Shown piece by piece: positions 54,996 through 64,000 of a stretch of DNA of 64,000 nt. Under the pieces are notes generated by a model, which worked only from the letters and a program-made list of their open reading frames with translations, ran no database searches and was not told the DNA's origin. This DNA comes from an uncultured Dehalococcoidia bacterium (GTDB taxonomy: Bacteria > Chloroflexota > Dehalococcoidia > SZUA-161): contig CAZNOI010000003.1 in assembly GCA_964574685.1 (NCBI GenBank), positions 53,408 through 117,407 of the forward strand, written 5' to 3'. The position numbers and the translations under genes are program-made. Numbering within the stretch: the stretch's first letter is position 1; each line of letters begins with the position of its first letter.

Positions 54996-56402
54996 TTAGC
55001 CTCTCAGGTACTTGTCCACGTCGTTGGAAACGATGACTCCGTAGTTGGCTGCGCCCAGCCAACCCGACATGATTATGCCCACCGAGCCGGTGTGGAACAG
55101 GCCTGGCATGACCTTAGGCAGGTCCATGCTTACCTTCAGCCCCTCGAACTTCGTGCCAAATGACGCCCCACCCTCATGCAGCGTATATCGGTGGAACGTC
55201 TTCGGAGTGGCCGCCTCGACGTAATCGATCTTGTCCCGGACTCCGGGTATGTACTTGTCCAGCGCATCGACCGTGGTCTCTATCAGGTACTGCTTGTCCT
55301 TCTTGTACTGCTCGTCCGGGAGGAAGGCCCAGTCCTCGTATCGGGCATTGGTGGACGCAACTACCGAGTACATGTTGTGTCCCGGTCGTGTTGAGGGATA
55401 GTAGACCGAGAAGGTCCTGCTGGTGACGTCCTTACTCAGCAGCATCTCGGTGTCGAACTTCGGCGCAGTTGAGGTGAACAGAAGGTCGCCGCAGTAGTCG
55501 AAGCCTTCTCCCTTCTTGATACCCATGTAGACCTGGCAACTGCTGTTGTTGATGCGCACATTCCTCGATTCCTCCACGAAGTCATATGGGAAGTGCTCAT
55601 CACCCACCAGCTTGTGTATGGTCGTCTTCAGGTTGCCGTTGGAGACTACGGCCTTGCTCTTTATCGGTGTTCCGTTGGCGACAACCCCCGCCGTCTTGCC
55701 GCCGTCCACCATAATCCTGTCCACCAGAGCCCTTGTGCGGATATCGACCCCGTTCTTGCGCAGCTCGTCCGCCATTCTTCCTATGAACAGGTCTGTGCCG
55801 CCCTGCACGGTATAGACACCCTTGCTCATGAAGTTCGAGAAAACGATACCGTAGCTGATGGCGGGATCGTCGAGCGTCGACCCGTTCGCGTATGTGATGG
55901 GCTCCATAAGAAGGCGCACCACGTCATCACGGCCGGGGAAGTACTTCTCGAACAACTCGCGGGCAGTCATCGACTGGTCATCATAGAAGTTCATATCCCT
56001 CGCGGTGTCAAAGAAGTCGTCGATGTTCTGCTCGGGTACCTTGAAGTACTCCTTCAGCAGCCTGGTGAAGTCCTGCCGGTCGAACGTGGTCGTGAAGGCG
56101 AACTGGGGGTTATCGAACCTGATACCCTTGAGCTGGACTATCATGTCCGCGATTTCCTGGTTCCAGTACTTGCGGCAAGTCTTGATCATGCCGACCGGGA
56201 AGCCGTGCAGCGAAACGTCGAATATGTGGTTGCCCCTTCTCTTGAACCAGGTGGCGAGTCCGCCAAGCTGGTGATGGTGCTCCAGCAACAGCACCGAGTG
56301 GCCGTTGCGCGCAAGCATGTTCGCCGATGTCAGTCCCGCGAGACCGCTGCCTATCACGATTGCATCGTATTCTGGTCGAAGGTTCTCCAGCTTGTCGCCC
56401 AT
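54996..56402 (-). CDS. FAD-dependent oxidoreductase of the phytoene desaturase (CrtI/RetSat) family, paralog 1
   Basis: [37 protein letters not shown] dinucleotide-binding motif. About 470 aa with CrtI-like C-terminus. Confidence 0.7.
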   Translation of the reverse strand: MGDKLENLRPEYDAIVIGSGLAGLTSANMLARNGHSVLLLEHHHQLGGLATWFKRRGNHIFDVSLHGFPVGMIKTCRKYWNQEIADMIVQLKGIRFDNPQFAFTTTFDRQDFTRLLKEYFKVPEQNIDDFFDTARDMNFYDDQSMTARELFEKYFPGRDDVVRLLMEPITYANGSTLDDPAISYGIVFSNFMSKGVYTVQGGTDLFIGRMADELRKNGVDIRTRALVDRIMVDGGKTAGVVANGTPIKSKAVVSNGNLKTTIHKLVGDEHFPYDFVEESRNVRINNSSCQVYMGIKKGEGFDYCGDLLFTSTAPKFDTEMLLSKDVTSRTFSVYYPSTRPGHNMYSVVASTNARYEDWAFLPDEQYKKDKQYLIETTVDALDKYIPGVRDKIDYVEAATPKTFHRYTLHEGGASFGTKFEGLKVSMDLPKVMPGLFHTGSVGIIMSGWLGAANYGVIVSNDVDKYLRG

Positions 56403-56420
56403 TCGTATCTCTCCGATTGA

Positions 56421-57812
56421 CTAGTCCTTTTGCAGGATGTGATAGTTCGCCATGGATATGCCGCTCAGCATCGCCCCGACGATGCCGAGGAACCCCTGGT
56501 CTGTACCACAGACGAACAGGTTCTTCAGGTGCGTACGGCCATCCTTGACCTTGTCCGGCGTTCCGTACACGGCCCCGTTGAGGTGACCGGTATACCTGCG
56601 TATTGTCCTTGGAGTGAACATGTCGGTGTAGACGATAGAGTCACGGAAGTCCGGCACGAATTGTACCGCCGCTTCCAGTGATCTTTCAATCCAGGCCGAC
56701 TTCTGAGCCCGGTACTCATCTTCATCCAGTTCAGCCCATCTCTCGTAGTTGGCCATGTTGGTCACGCGAATCAGCGGTTCCGGCAGCGGCTGATCGTACT
56801 GGAAGTTGTTGGGGCAGCATATCACGCCGCTCGAGATATCCACCATTTCCCGGGGCTTCCTGTAAGTGAACCTCTCGCTTGTGCTGAAGAACGTGATCGT
56901 CCTATCGTAGCCGAGGTCGGACATCTCGCGGTTGAGCACGAATATGAATTCGACGAAGGAGAGCTGGCCGGGCTTCCGGTCATCGGCATCGGCATGCTGT
57001 CCCGGCAGAAGCTCCATGGTCTCAACATAACCGGCTGAGGAAAGCACGTACTTCGCGGTAACTTCCTCGCCGCTGTCCAGCAGTAGGGACTCGACACGAT
57101 CGCCTGATGACCGCATTTCCTTGACGCCCTGCTTTAGCCGGAGTTCGCCCCCGCTTTCCCTGTACTTGTCTACCAGCACATCGAGTATCTGCCTTACGCC
57201 CGCGTGGGGCCTGGCGAAACCCTCGCAGAATATGCTGCTGAACATTATCACGAATTGCCCAAACTCCATATCGTCTTCCTGGGCATTCCCGTAATACATG
57301 AGAGGACAGAAGATCATGTCAACCAGCAGCGGATCCGTGATGACGGACTCCACAACCTCCCGTGCTGATCTGGGCCTGGCGTCGAGGGCCAGCGCGTCGT
57401 GCTCGCCCACCGCCTGCAGCAGCTTCTGGAAGTTGTCCTTCTGCTTCGGAAAACCCTCGTTGACCTCTTGAATCAGGAAGTCCAACTCGTTCGTGAACCG
57501 CAGGGTCTTAACGGGGAACGCAATCGCAGACATCCTCTGCTGGCACAGGTCAAAGTCATCGGGCTTCAGCTTGAGCTGCCGCAACAGCTTCGGAAGCGGC
57601 GTCGACTTGACGCCCCTGGGCACGTAGTTCGTCATAGCGTGAAGGCCGACGTCGAACTTGTGCCCGTCCCGGCTGTAGAACGAGTTGAGTCCGCCCACCC
57701 GATGATGTCTCTCCAGAACGCAGACCTTCTTGCCGTAATAGGCAAGCCTGATTCCTGCGGCCAGACCGGACATTCCTGCGCCGATTATCGCGACATCGTA
57801 GTCCATTGACAC
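56421..57812 (-). CDS. FAD-dependent oxidoreductase of the phytoene desaturase (CrtI/RetSat) family, paralog 2
   Basis: YDVAIIGAGMSGLAAGIRLAYYGKKVCVLERHHRVGG; 463 aa. Confidence 0.7.
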   Translation of the reverse strand: MSMDYDVAIIGAGMSGLAAGIRLAYYGKKVCVLERHHRVGGLNSFYSRDGHKFDVGLHAMTNYVPRGVKSTPLPKLLRQLKLKPDDFDLCQQRMSAIAFPVKTLRFTNELDFLIQEVNEGFPKQKDNFQKLLQAVGEHDALALDARPRSAREVVESVITDPLLVDMIFCPLMYYGNAQEDDMEFGQFVIMFSSIFCEGFARPHAGVRQILDVLVDKYRESGGELRLKQGVKEMRSSGDRVESLLLDSGEEVTAKYVLSSAGYVETMELLPGQHADADDRKPGQLSFVEFIFVLNREMSDLGYDRTITFFSTSERFTYRKPREMVDISSGVICCPNNFQYDQPLPEPLIRVTNMANYERWAELDEDEYRAQKSAWIERSLEAAVQFVPDFRDSIVYTDMFTPRTIRRYTGHLNGAVYGTPDKVKDGRTHLKNLFVCGTDQGFLGIVGAMLSGISMANYHILQKD

Positions 57813-57920
57813 TCGCTTGGGTGCACTTCATCCCCTCTCGATTGATGGAATAGGCATCTCAACCGGCCGAATGGCGGCGAGGGGATGGAGCAATGGTCTG
57901 TTCCGGGCGGCTTGTGTCGG

Positions 57921-58172
57921 TTAGATATCCTTCATATGCGGTTCGAGATAAGCCACCGCGCCGTCCAGCGTCGAGAGCTTCATGTAGTCCTCTTCCGGCA
58001 CGGTAACGTTGTACCGCTTCCGCAGCTCCATGATCATGTCGAGGAAGTCCATCGAGTCCATCTCGATCTGGTCACGGATTCGGACATCACCCTTGAGCTG
58101 GCTGAGGTCCTCATCCGGTACGATTTCGCTCATCACTTCGACGATCATGGCTCTGATCTCGTCTGGCTTCAT
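57921..58172 (-). CDS. acyl carrier protein
   Basis: 83 aa, IEMDSMDFLDMIMEL phosphopantetheine attachment motif (DSM in place of the usual DSL). Confidence 0.7.
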   Translation of the reverse strand: MKPDEIRAMIVEVMSEIVPDEDLSQLKGDVRIRDQIEMDSMDFLDMIMELRKRYNVTVPEEDYMKLSTLDGAVAYLEPHMKDI

Positions 58173-58220
58173 TTGTACCTACCTTTCTATCTGGCTTGAC
58201 AGAACCGAGCTGGCGCCGAA

Positions 58221-59459
58221 CTACTCGGCGAACCGCTTCACCACAACGACCGAGTTGATTCCAAGCATTCCGAACGAGTTGTTCAGCAGGTAGTCTACCT
58301 TCTTGACCTTCCTCGGTTCTCCTATGACCAGTCCCTTCAGGTTGCACTCAGGATCGAGGTTGTCGACATTGATTGTATGATGAACCAGCAGGTCATTGAA
58401 TGAGGGCAGGTTTCCTGCGAGTTCCAGCGCACCCGCCGCGCCCATTGTGTGTCCTATGAAGCTCTTGGTGTTGTTGACAAGTACCTCGGAGTCCGCACCG
58501 AACGTCTCGAGTATGGCGCGGCACTCCTGGGGGTCGCCCATCGGGGTTCCCGTCGCATGGGTGTTCACAACGTCCACGTCCGCCGGCTTCAGGCCCGCCT
58601 TTTTCAGCGCGAGGACCATGCACTCGGCCTGTCTCTCCCAGTTGGGCAGTATGAAATCGAGGGCATCCGAGTTGCTCGCGTAGCTGACGACCTCCCCGTA
58701 TATGCGCGCCCCTCTTGCCACCGCGTCTTCAAGCCTTTCTAGGACGTAGACACAGCCGCCCTCTGACACCACTATGCCGTTCCGGTCCCGATCGAACGGA
58801 CGGCTTGCCTTCCCGGGGTCCTCGTGGCTTGCCAGGGCGCCCTCGTTGCGGAAGGCGGCGAATACACCGAAAGTCCCCGGCGTCTCGGAAATGCCGCCCG
58901 CCAGGGCAAGATCGATCTCACCCAGCAGAAGCATCTGGTATCCCTGGATAAGCCCCAGGTTGCCCGCCGCACAGGCTCCGCCCAGCGTGTAGTGGGGCCC
59001 GGTGATGCCCATATTTATCGTGACCTCGCCCGCCGGGCTGTTCGCCACGGTCCTCGGATTGTGGTGATGTGACCAGAAGTCTACGTTGTAGTCGTACTGC
59101 TTGATATTCCAGATCTCGTGCTCCGTCTCGACGTTCCCGTGCTCCGTTATGCCCAGGAAGATGCCCGTTCTCGCCTTGTCGATAGTGTCCGGGGTCAGGC
59201 CGGCGTCACCCAGGGCCTCGTGGGAGCAGTAGATGGCAATAGAGCCCGCGCGCGTCCCGCGGCGCAGCTCCTTCTTCTTCTGATGCTTGAGTGGATCGTA
59301 GTCGCATACTCCAGATATCATCGGTCCCATGTAGTGCGTGTCTATAGTGCTCACACCGGACTTGCCCGCGAGCAGGTTCTGCCTGTACTCCGCCAGGTCG
59401 TTGCCGTTAGGCGCTGTTAGCCCGACGCCGGTTATAACAATCCTTCTGTCATGAATCAT
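58221..59459 (-). CDS. fabF: beta-ketoacyl-ACP synthase I/II
   Basis: IVITGVGLTAPNG..., active-site Cys context (GACAAGNLGL), HATGTPMGD, GHTMGAAG. Confidence 0.85.
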   Translation of the reverse strand: MIHDRRIVITGVGLTAPNGNDLAEYRQNLLAGKSGVSTIDTHYMGPMISGVCDYDPLKHQKKKELRRGTRAGSIAIYCSHEALGDAGLTPDTIDKARTGIFLGITEHGNVETEHEIWNIKQYDYNVDFWSHHHNPRTVANSPAGEVTINMGITGPHYTLGGACAAGNLGLIQGYQMLLLGEIDLALAGGISETPGTFGVFAAFRNEGALASHEDPGKASRPFDRDRNGIVVSEGGCVYVLERLEDAVARGARIYGEVVSYASNSDALDFILPNWERQAECMVLALKKAGLKPADVDVVNTHATGTPMGDPQECRAILETFGADSEVLVNNTKSFIGHTMGAAGALELAGNLPSFNDLLVHHTINVDNLDPECNLKGLVIGEPRKVKKVDYLLNNSFGMLGINSVVVVKRFAE

Positions 59460-59492
59460 TGTAGCTGTCGCCCCCGTGTGGGATTCTGAGGA

Positions 59493-60542
59493 CTACCATT
59501 CGACGCCAAGCATAATACAGGAGAGCCCGCTGCCTATTCCCAGCATGGCCACGTTGTCTCCAGGCTCCAGTTGGCCCTCGCTGAGGGCAATGGCGAGAGT
59601 AATCGGGAGCGATACCGGGCCGATGTTGCCCAGATACTCTACACTGGAGTAGCCTTTCGACGGGTCGAGCTTCAGCGTGTCGAACAGCATCCTCTGGTGC
59701 ACTATGGTGACCTGATGGCAGAAGACCTTGTCTACGTCCGCGTTGTGCCAGTGGAGTTCCCTCTTGAGCGATCTCCAGGTGTCTCCAGCCAAGTCCAGGC
59801 CGTTCAGCAGGATGCCTTCGGAGTCGGTCTTCATCAAAGGCCTTGCGTTCTCCTCAAAGAAATAGGTGTCGCTCGTTATGCGACACAGGCCGTTGTGTTG
59901 GGAAGCAGTGCGTATCGTGCCGCCCATCACCTTGTGGCCCGACTTCGATATCGAGGAGTGGGCCAGCACTGCGGCGACTGCGCCCGAGCCGAGAGTCAGC
60001 GATGCCAGCGACGGCTTCAGTCTCTCCCGGTCCATGGTGGTATCTTTGACAATGTCCTGGATGGTGCATTCGGTGATGTGGCGGCTGCTCTCACTTGCCA
60101 CTACGATGCCGGCCTTCACCTGCCCAAGCTCTATCATGTTGGCCAGGGTTACCATGCCGTTCACGAAACCAAGGCATGCGTTCGATATGTCGAAGATGGT
60201 GCCTGTAGGCGGCAGGCCGACGAGGTCATGCACCAGGAACGCCGTAGCCGGTTCGAGGAAATCACGGCTCAACGAAGTGTGGAGCAGGCATTCGATATCC
60301 TCCTTGGGTATGCCCGAGTTCTGTATGGCCCGCTCCGCCGCGACAGCGCTCGCCTGACTCGGCGCCATGCCTTCGTTCCAGAACCGCCGCTCCCGGATGC
60401 CCGTCATCATCTCGAGGCGTCCGTAGGGCAGCTTCAGGCGTTCATAGACGGGCGCCAGCCGCTGCTCCAGACTCAAGGACGTGACGACTTGAGGCGGGAG
60501 TTCGTAGCCGAAGGCCTCAATGCAGACGTTCTTGTAAAGCAC
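59493..60542 (-). CDS. fabH: beta-ketoacyl-ACP synthase III-like
   Basis: FDISNACLGF (active Cys) and C-terminal ...GNIGPVSLPITL.. / AMLGIGSGLSC. Confidence 0.75.
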   Translation of the reverse strand: MLYKNVCIEAFGYELPPQVVTSLSLEQRLAPVYERLKLPYGRLEMMTGIRERRFWNEGMAPSQASAVAAERAIQNSGIPKEDIECLLHTSLSRDFLEPATAFLVHDLVGLPPTGTIFDISNACLGFVNGMVTLANMIELGQVKAGIVVASESSRHITECTIQDIVKDTTMDRERLKPSLASLTLGSGAVAAVLAHSSISKSGHKVMGGTIRTASQHNGLCRITSDTYFFEENARPLMKTDSEGILLNGLDLAGDTWRSLKRELHWHNADVDKVFCHQVTIVHQRMLFDTLKLDPSKGYSSVEYLGNIGPVSLPITLAIALSEGQLEPGDNVAMLGIGSGLSCIMLGVEW

Positions 60543-60683
60543 CCATCAACTCCTCAGTCTGCACAGTCCCACCCGACTGAACGCACGCAGCATCGTTCGC
60601 GCTCGTATCCTGCCTAGCTTTGCTCCATCGACCGCGTCGCGCTCTGATGCGGCATGCGGCTTGAGGCTGTTCAAAGGCCGGGG

Positions 60684-61163
60684 TCACCTCTTGGGAGGAT
60701 TGCCCTGCCCCCTCGATAACAGGGTCGGAATATGGAATTTGAGCTTGAGCTTGGACCAGCTATCCTGGGAGTCCTCGGGGATTATGCGGTCCGGGATGTA
60801 CTTGCCGACCCCGGCGACTACCGTGGAGAACTTCCTGGAGCTGGCGGCAGAATCCGGCACCATTTCATCTGCAGCGGTAATCAACGACGAGACGACCTTG
60901 GGTGGAACGAATCTCTCTACTTCCTCGAACACCGCGTCAATCGCCTTCGAAGGTATGTGCTTGTCGAGGACGTTCATGGAGAACAAAAGAACCCTGTCCG
61001 GTATATACCGGTCAACGATCTTGACCTGAAGCAGAATCAGCCGTTCCGAGATGAACCGTACGGGAGGCTCAAACCGGTAGCCCTTCCGGAACAACTGAAG
61101 GCCCCGCGTTACAACAAACCTGACGGGAGGCTCGAAAGACGAGGTCCTGTGTTCCTCTACCAT
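60684..61163 (-). CDS. hypothetical protein with internal short repeats
   Basis: FEPPVRF x2 and (R/K)YIPDR-like x3 repeats. No known motif. Confidence 0.35.
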   Translation of the reverse strand: MVEEHRTSSFEPPVRFVVTRGLQLFRKGYRFEPPVRFISERLILLQVKIVDRYIPDRVLLFSMNVLDKHIPSKAIDAVFEEVERFVPPKVVSSLITAADEMVPDSAASSRKFSTVVAGVGKYIPDRIIPEDSQDSWSKLKLKFHIPTLLSRGQGNPPKR

Positions 61164-61400
61164 TGCCCCTCAATCACCATATAGTCCGCCAGTCTACACT
61201 CAAATGGTAAGTTAAAACTATCACACTGGCAAGCCACTTTGTCAAGAGCTACGCACCTCACTATCCCTGTCGTTTCCTACATACATCGGTGGGGAGGCCT
61301 CTGACGGAACGCGACAGGCCGCACCGGGAATGAGTCTCCAGCAGCGTACTCGTATTGCACGCAGGTCGTGCAGGTATTGCGTGCAGAAGCTCAGCACCCT

Positions 61401-62717
61401 TCATCGGTTGAACGAGAAGTCAGCCTCATCGAACTCCTTGGAGCGATAGCGCTCCCACCTGGGGAAGACTTCTCGATAGATGCCCAGGCGGATTCCTGCA
61501 AGCTTCAGGGCTCTCATGGCAAGCATTCTCGCCTGTCTGGGCCGGCTCAGCAGGGCCTTCGCCAGAGCAATGATGGTCTTGGTGAGGGAAGGCGGGCAGC
61601 CCTGAATCCTGGTGGAGTTCTGGAGACCCCTGTTCGCCCTGATGGAGCAGTTCCCGTACAGAACGGTTCGGGGCGTGTCCTTCTCGGCGTGCAGTTCGGA
61701 GCCGTACAGCAGCTCGGCATAGGCGAAGTCCATCCGGCGATTATCCTTCGCCAGAATCGATAGGGCCAGTGCCAGCGTGGCTGCGCACCCGCAGCACAGA
61801 GACTGGCCCGGGGTCGGCGCGGACAGCCCTGTGACGCCCGACGGCGCGAGCAGTTCTTCCTGTGGATGAAACTGCCATTCGAGGTGCTCACTTACCGATT
61901 GCAGTTCCTCGCCCCGTATGTCTATCGCGCTAAGGTCGAACGATCGGTCGTGCCGCTCGGCGTACTCGCGCAGGTACCGTACCTCGGCTGGATCTACGCC
62001 CAGTACGGCTGAGCCCACCACATCGCACTCGAAAACGTCCGGGCCGGCGATGATGAGGTCCTTGCGGTGGGCAATCCCCGCAAGCGTCTCGGGTCCCTTC
62101 TCCAGCATGTATATGCCGTCCACTATCTCGAGGTCGGTTCTGACAACCTCGTTGAGGTAGGATATGGCGCGGTCCAGATGGCCTGAGGTGTGGAACTTCT
62201 TCTTGGAGCCCTTGCTCAAGCAGCCCTTCAAGTTCTTGAACCCGAGTGATACCATGGTCTGGAAGTGAGTCTTCAGGGTGGGGATGTTGATGAGGAAGTC
62301 CGTTTCGAGGGCTGGCTCCGCTATCTGCGCCTTCAGTCCGCCGATGTCAACCTGCCTCGAAGGCTGCTCGTTGAAATCGGCCAGTTTGGCCCCGTGTTTG
62401 CGGGCCACGCGGTCGATACCGGTGCCTTTGAAGCCGTGCTTCGTGTAGGGTTCAAGCTCCTCGAAGATGCCGATGATGGCCCCCTCGCCTATGGTGATGT
62501 CGGAGCAGCCATACTCACGCAGAAGGGTCAGGACCATGTCCAGCAAAGTCGAGGTAGTGACCATGCCGTAGGGAGGAGTGATGGGGTGCCGGAAGCAGTT
62601 ATTTGGCTTCACCAGCACCCTGTCGGTGGGCTTGAGCCGCCCGAACCCGTCGCACAGCTCGACGGCCTTGCGGAGTGAATTCAGCGAGCCGTCATATTTG
62701 ACTATCGATACCGTCAT
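61401..62717 (-). CDS. DUF362-family protein (paralog of 17297-18322)
   Basis: RVLVKPNNCF...ITIGEGA... start region, Cys cluster near C-terminus (CCGCA). Confidence 0.4.
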   Translation of the reverse strand: MTVSIVKYDGSLNSLRKAVELCDGFGRLKPTDRVLVKPNNCFRHPITPPYGMVTTSTLLDMVLTLLREYGCSDITIGEGAIIGIFEELEPYTKHGFKGTGIDRVARKHGAKLADFNEQPSRQVDIGGLKAQIAEPALETDFLINIPTLKTHFQTMVSLGFKNLKGCLSKGSKKKFHTSGHLDRAISYLNEVVRTDLEIVDGIYMLEKGPETLAGIAHRKDLIIAGPDVFECDVVGSAVLGVDPAEVRYLREYAERHDRSFDLSAIDIRGEELQSVSEHLEWQFHPQEELLAPSGVTGLSAPTPGQSLCCGCAATLALALSILAKDNRRMDFAYAELLYGSELHAEKDTPRTVLYGNCSIRANRGLQNSTRIQGCPPSLTKTIIALAKALLSRPRQARMLAMRALKLAGIRLGIYREVFPRWERYRSKEFDEADFSFNR

Positions 62718-64000
62718 TCGACTTCGGCGCCGACGGGATAGTGCCTTATCTCATCGACGAGCATTCTCAGGAACTCATGTGCCTTCTCATCGGAGAACAT
62801 GGCTTCGCGGTAGGTGAGCGCCACATTCAGCTTCCTGTTGTATATGTTAACGCAAATGCACAGGCCCATGGGAGTCACCACCGGAGCCGAGCCCACGAAG
62901 TTCAGTATCCTTGCGTCCCCGAGCCTGGTCAGCGCAGCTTCTTCCGAGTTCGGCTTTGGCCACACGACCCCGATATTGGTCATGATGATCGTGTTGACGT
63001 ATATGCGGCTGACAATCAGAAGCCGGCAGACCCACCTCATCAGGAAGAGGGGGAACTGAGAGCAAAGGTAGAAGTAGTATATCAGAGAGAAGGCTTTCCG
63101 GTTTCTCGCTGCCTCCCGCGTGGCCGCGTTCACATTGCGAAGCAGGCGAACAGGGTCCCGCCGGTCTTCGCGAGATGTCGAGGGGGATATCCAGGATGCT
63201 TGGTTCGATACCACGTTCCGGTATCCCCTGGGCCTCATGTTGACGGGCGTCATGATGTACACCCTCCCGCTTCGACGTCCATGTGCCGTGTTCCATTTCT
63301 CCACAGTCCTGTGACATGCTGCGAGAATGATGTCGTTCAGCATGACATCGGCCTGGCGGGCCTTTGACTCGATGGCCGAAAGCTCGTCCGGCGATATGGT
63401 CTCGAAGCGGTGTCGCAGACGCCTGGACGGTCCCGACCGGTCGTGATACACCCTGGTCGGCGGTGAGAATGCGTCCACGACGAAACGCCTGAACAGCGCC
63501 GCAACGATCTTGCGATAGTAGCCCTTGACCCTGCCTCGTTGAGCGTTGGCGAACTCGACCAGCTCATCGCCGGTGCGAGTGATACGTATCTCCTGAGACC
63601 CCGGGCTAACCCCCGCAGTGCCGTTGCTGTACAGCTCGATGACGCTCTTTATGAAGAGCGTGGCACGGACCCCGTCCGTCGATGAGTGGTGGAAGCTGAA
63701 GACCAGCAGGGTTTGATCGCTGTCCCATTGCAGCAGAAGCACCCGCAGGGGAGGCACCTCCCTTGGGTCCATCGGCTGGTTCATCCAGTCGAAGAGGGTG
63801 CTCTCATCTCTTGTGTGAATCAGGCCTTGGACTGTGAGAAGACCGTCTCTAGACGGTGTCTGCGTCTCCCTGTACGTCCTGAGGATGTCGCATCTAATGA
63901 GAGTGTTAGTAACCGGGAATATCTCCTGTGCCTGTTCCAGTGCATGTTCCAGCCTTGCAGCGTCGACCTTCCCTTGCAGGGTAAGGATCGCGTGGATAAC
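62714..64000 (-). CDS. condensation-domain/WS-DGAT/PapA5-like acyltransferase (HHxxxDG); 5' end outside the window
   Basis: FSFHHSSTDG catalytic motif. The frame stays open upstream of the listed Met to the window edge (…ILTLQGKVDAARLEHALEQAQEIFPVTNTLIRCDIL…). Confidence 0.5.
   Translation of the reverse strand, partial: VIHAILTLQGKVDAARLEHALEQAQEIFPVTNTLIRCDILRTYRETQTPSRDGLLTVQGLIHTRDESTLFDWMNQPMDPREVPPLRVLLLQWDSDQTLLVFSFHHSSTDGVRATLFIKSVIELYSNGTAGVSPGSQEIRITRTGDELVEFANAQRGRVKGYYRKIVAALFRRFVVDAFSPPTRVYHDRSGPSRRLRHRFETISPDELSAIESKARQADVMLNDIILAACHRTVEKWNTAHGRRSGRVYIMTPVNMRPRGYRNVVSNQASWISPSTSREDRRDPVRLLRNVNAATREAARNRKAFSLIYYFYLCSQFPLFLMRWVCRLLIVSRIYVNTIIMTNIGVVWPKPNSEEAALTRLGDARILNFVGSAPVVTPMGLCICVNIYNRKLNVALTYREAMFSDEKAHEFLRMLVDEIRHYPVGAEVE

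Noticed and set aside
16897-61381. Shared TCGTGC…CAGGTATTGCGTG motif near both DUF362 paralogs (16897-16919 and 61359-61381)
   Set aside because: The exact match is only 14 nt. About 15 such matches are expected by chance in 64 kb of two-stranded sequence. Orientation relative to the two genes is inconsistent (5' of one, 3' of the other).

Overview
This is a GC-rich (about 60% by eye) bacterial chromosomal segment. All product calls come from reading motifs in the supplied translations; no searches were run.

Left end, about 0.4-11.3 kb: a tRNA-Asn(GTT) sits next to a large serine recombinase gene, which opens an apparent integrated island. The island carries:
- a divergent Cro-like HTH;
- an HNH endonuclease plus a small-terminase-like gene, which looks like a phage or satellite remnant;
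- a complete C-protein-controlled Type II R-M system (C5-cytosine methyltransferase, convergent HNH restriction endonuclease, controller HTH);
- an EndoIII-family [4Fe-4S] glycosylase placed like a Mig-type T:G mismatch repair enzyme;
- a two-gene cassette of a MORC-like GHKL ATPase and a large HNH nuclease. This cassette is the best candidate for an undescribed defence module;
- an orphan RHH antitoxin-like gene;
- a family of GC hairpin repeats at the island edge, which recurs at about 17 kb.

Middle, about 11.3-22 kb: a nitronate monooxygenase (FabK-like), a three-gene PAS two-component phosphorelay with no output domain, a DUF362 protein, FxsA, a CsoR-family repressor with an operator-like palindrome, and a tandem-rhodanese lipoprotein.

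About 22.5-49.6 kb: a cell-surface locus. A 3423-aa secreted protein combines a gingipain-like C25 domain, internally triplicated modules, CARDB and DUF11 domains and a C-terminal dockerin. It is followed by:
- a cohesin-like protein ending in a PEP-CTERM-type anchor;
- two EpsI-like paralogs;
- an exosortase;
- a CPBP protease;
- a flippase;
- a beta-helix protein;
- an alkaline-phosphatase-family enzyme;
- glycosyltransferases;
- a second PEP-CTERM protein.

Right end, about 49.7-64 kb: Crp and UspA genes, then a minus-strand, FAS-II-like cluster. It contains FabD, an Sfp-type PPTase, FabI, FabZ, FabG, two CrtI/RetSat-family FAD oxidoreductases, an ACP, FabF, FabH, a repeat protein, DUF362, and a condensation-type HHxxxDG acyltransferase that runs off the window. 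This looks like a specialised lipid pathway.
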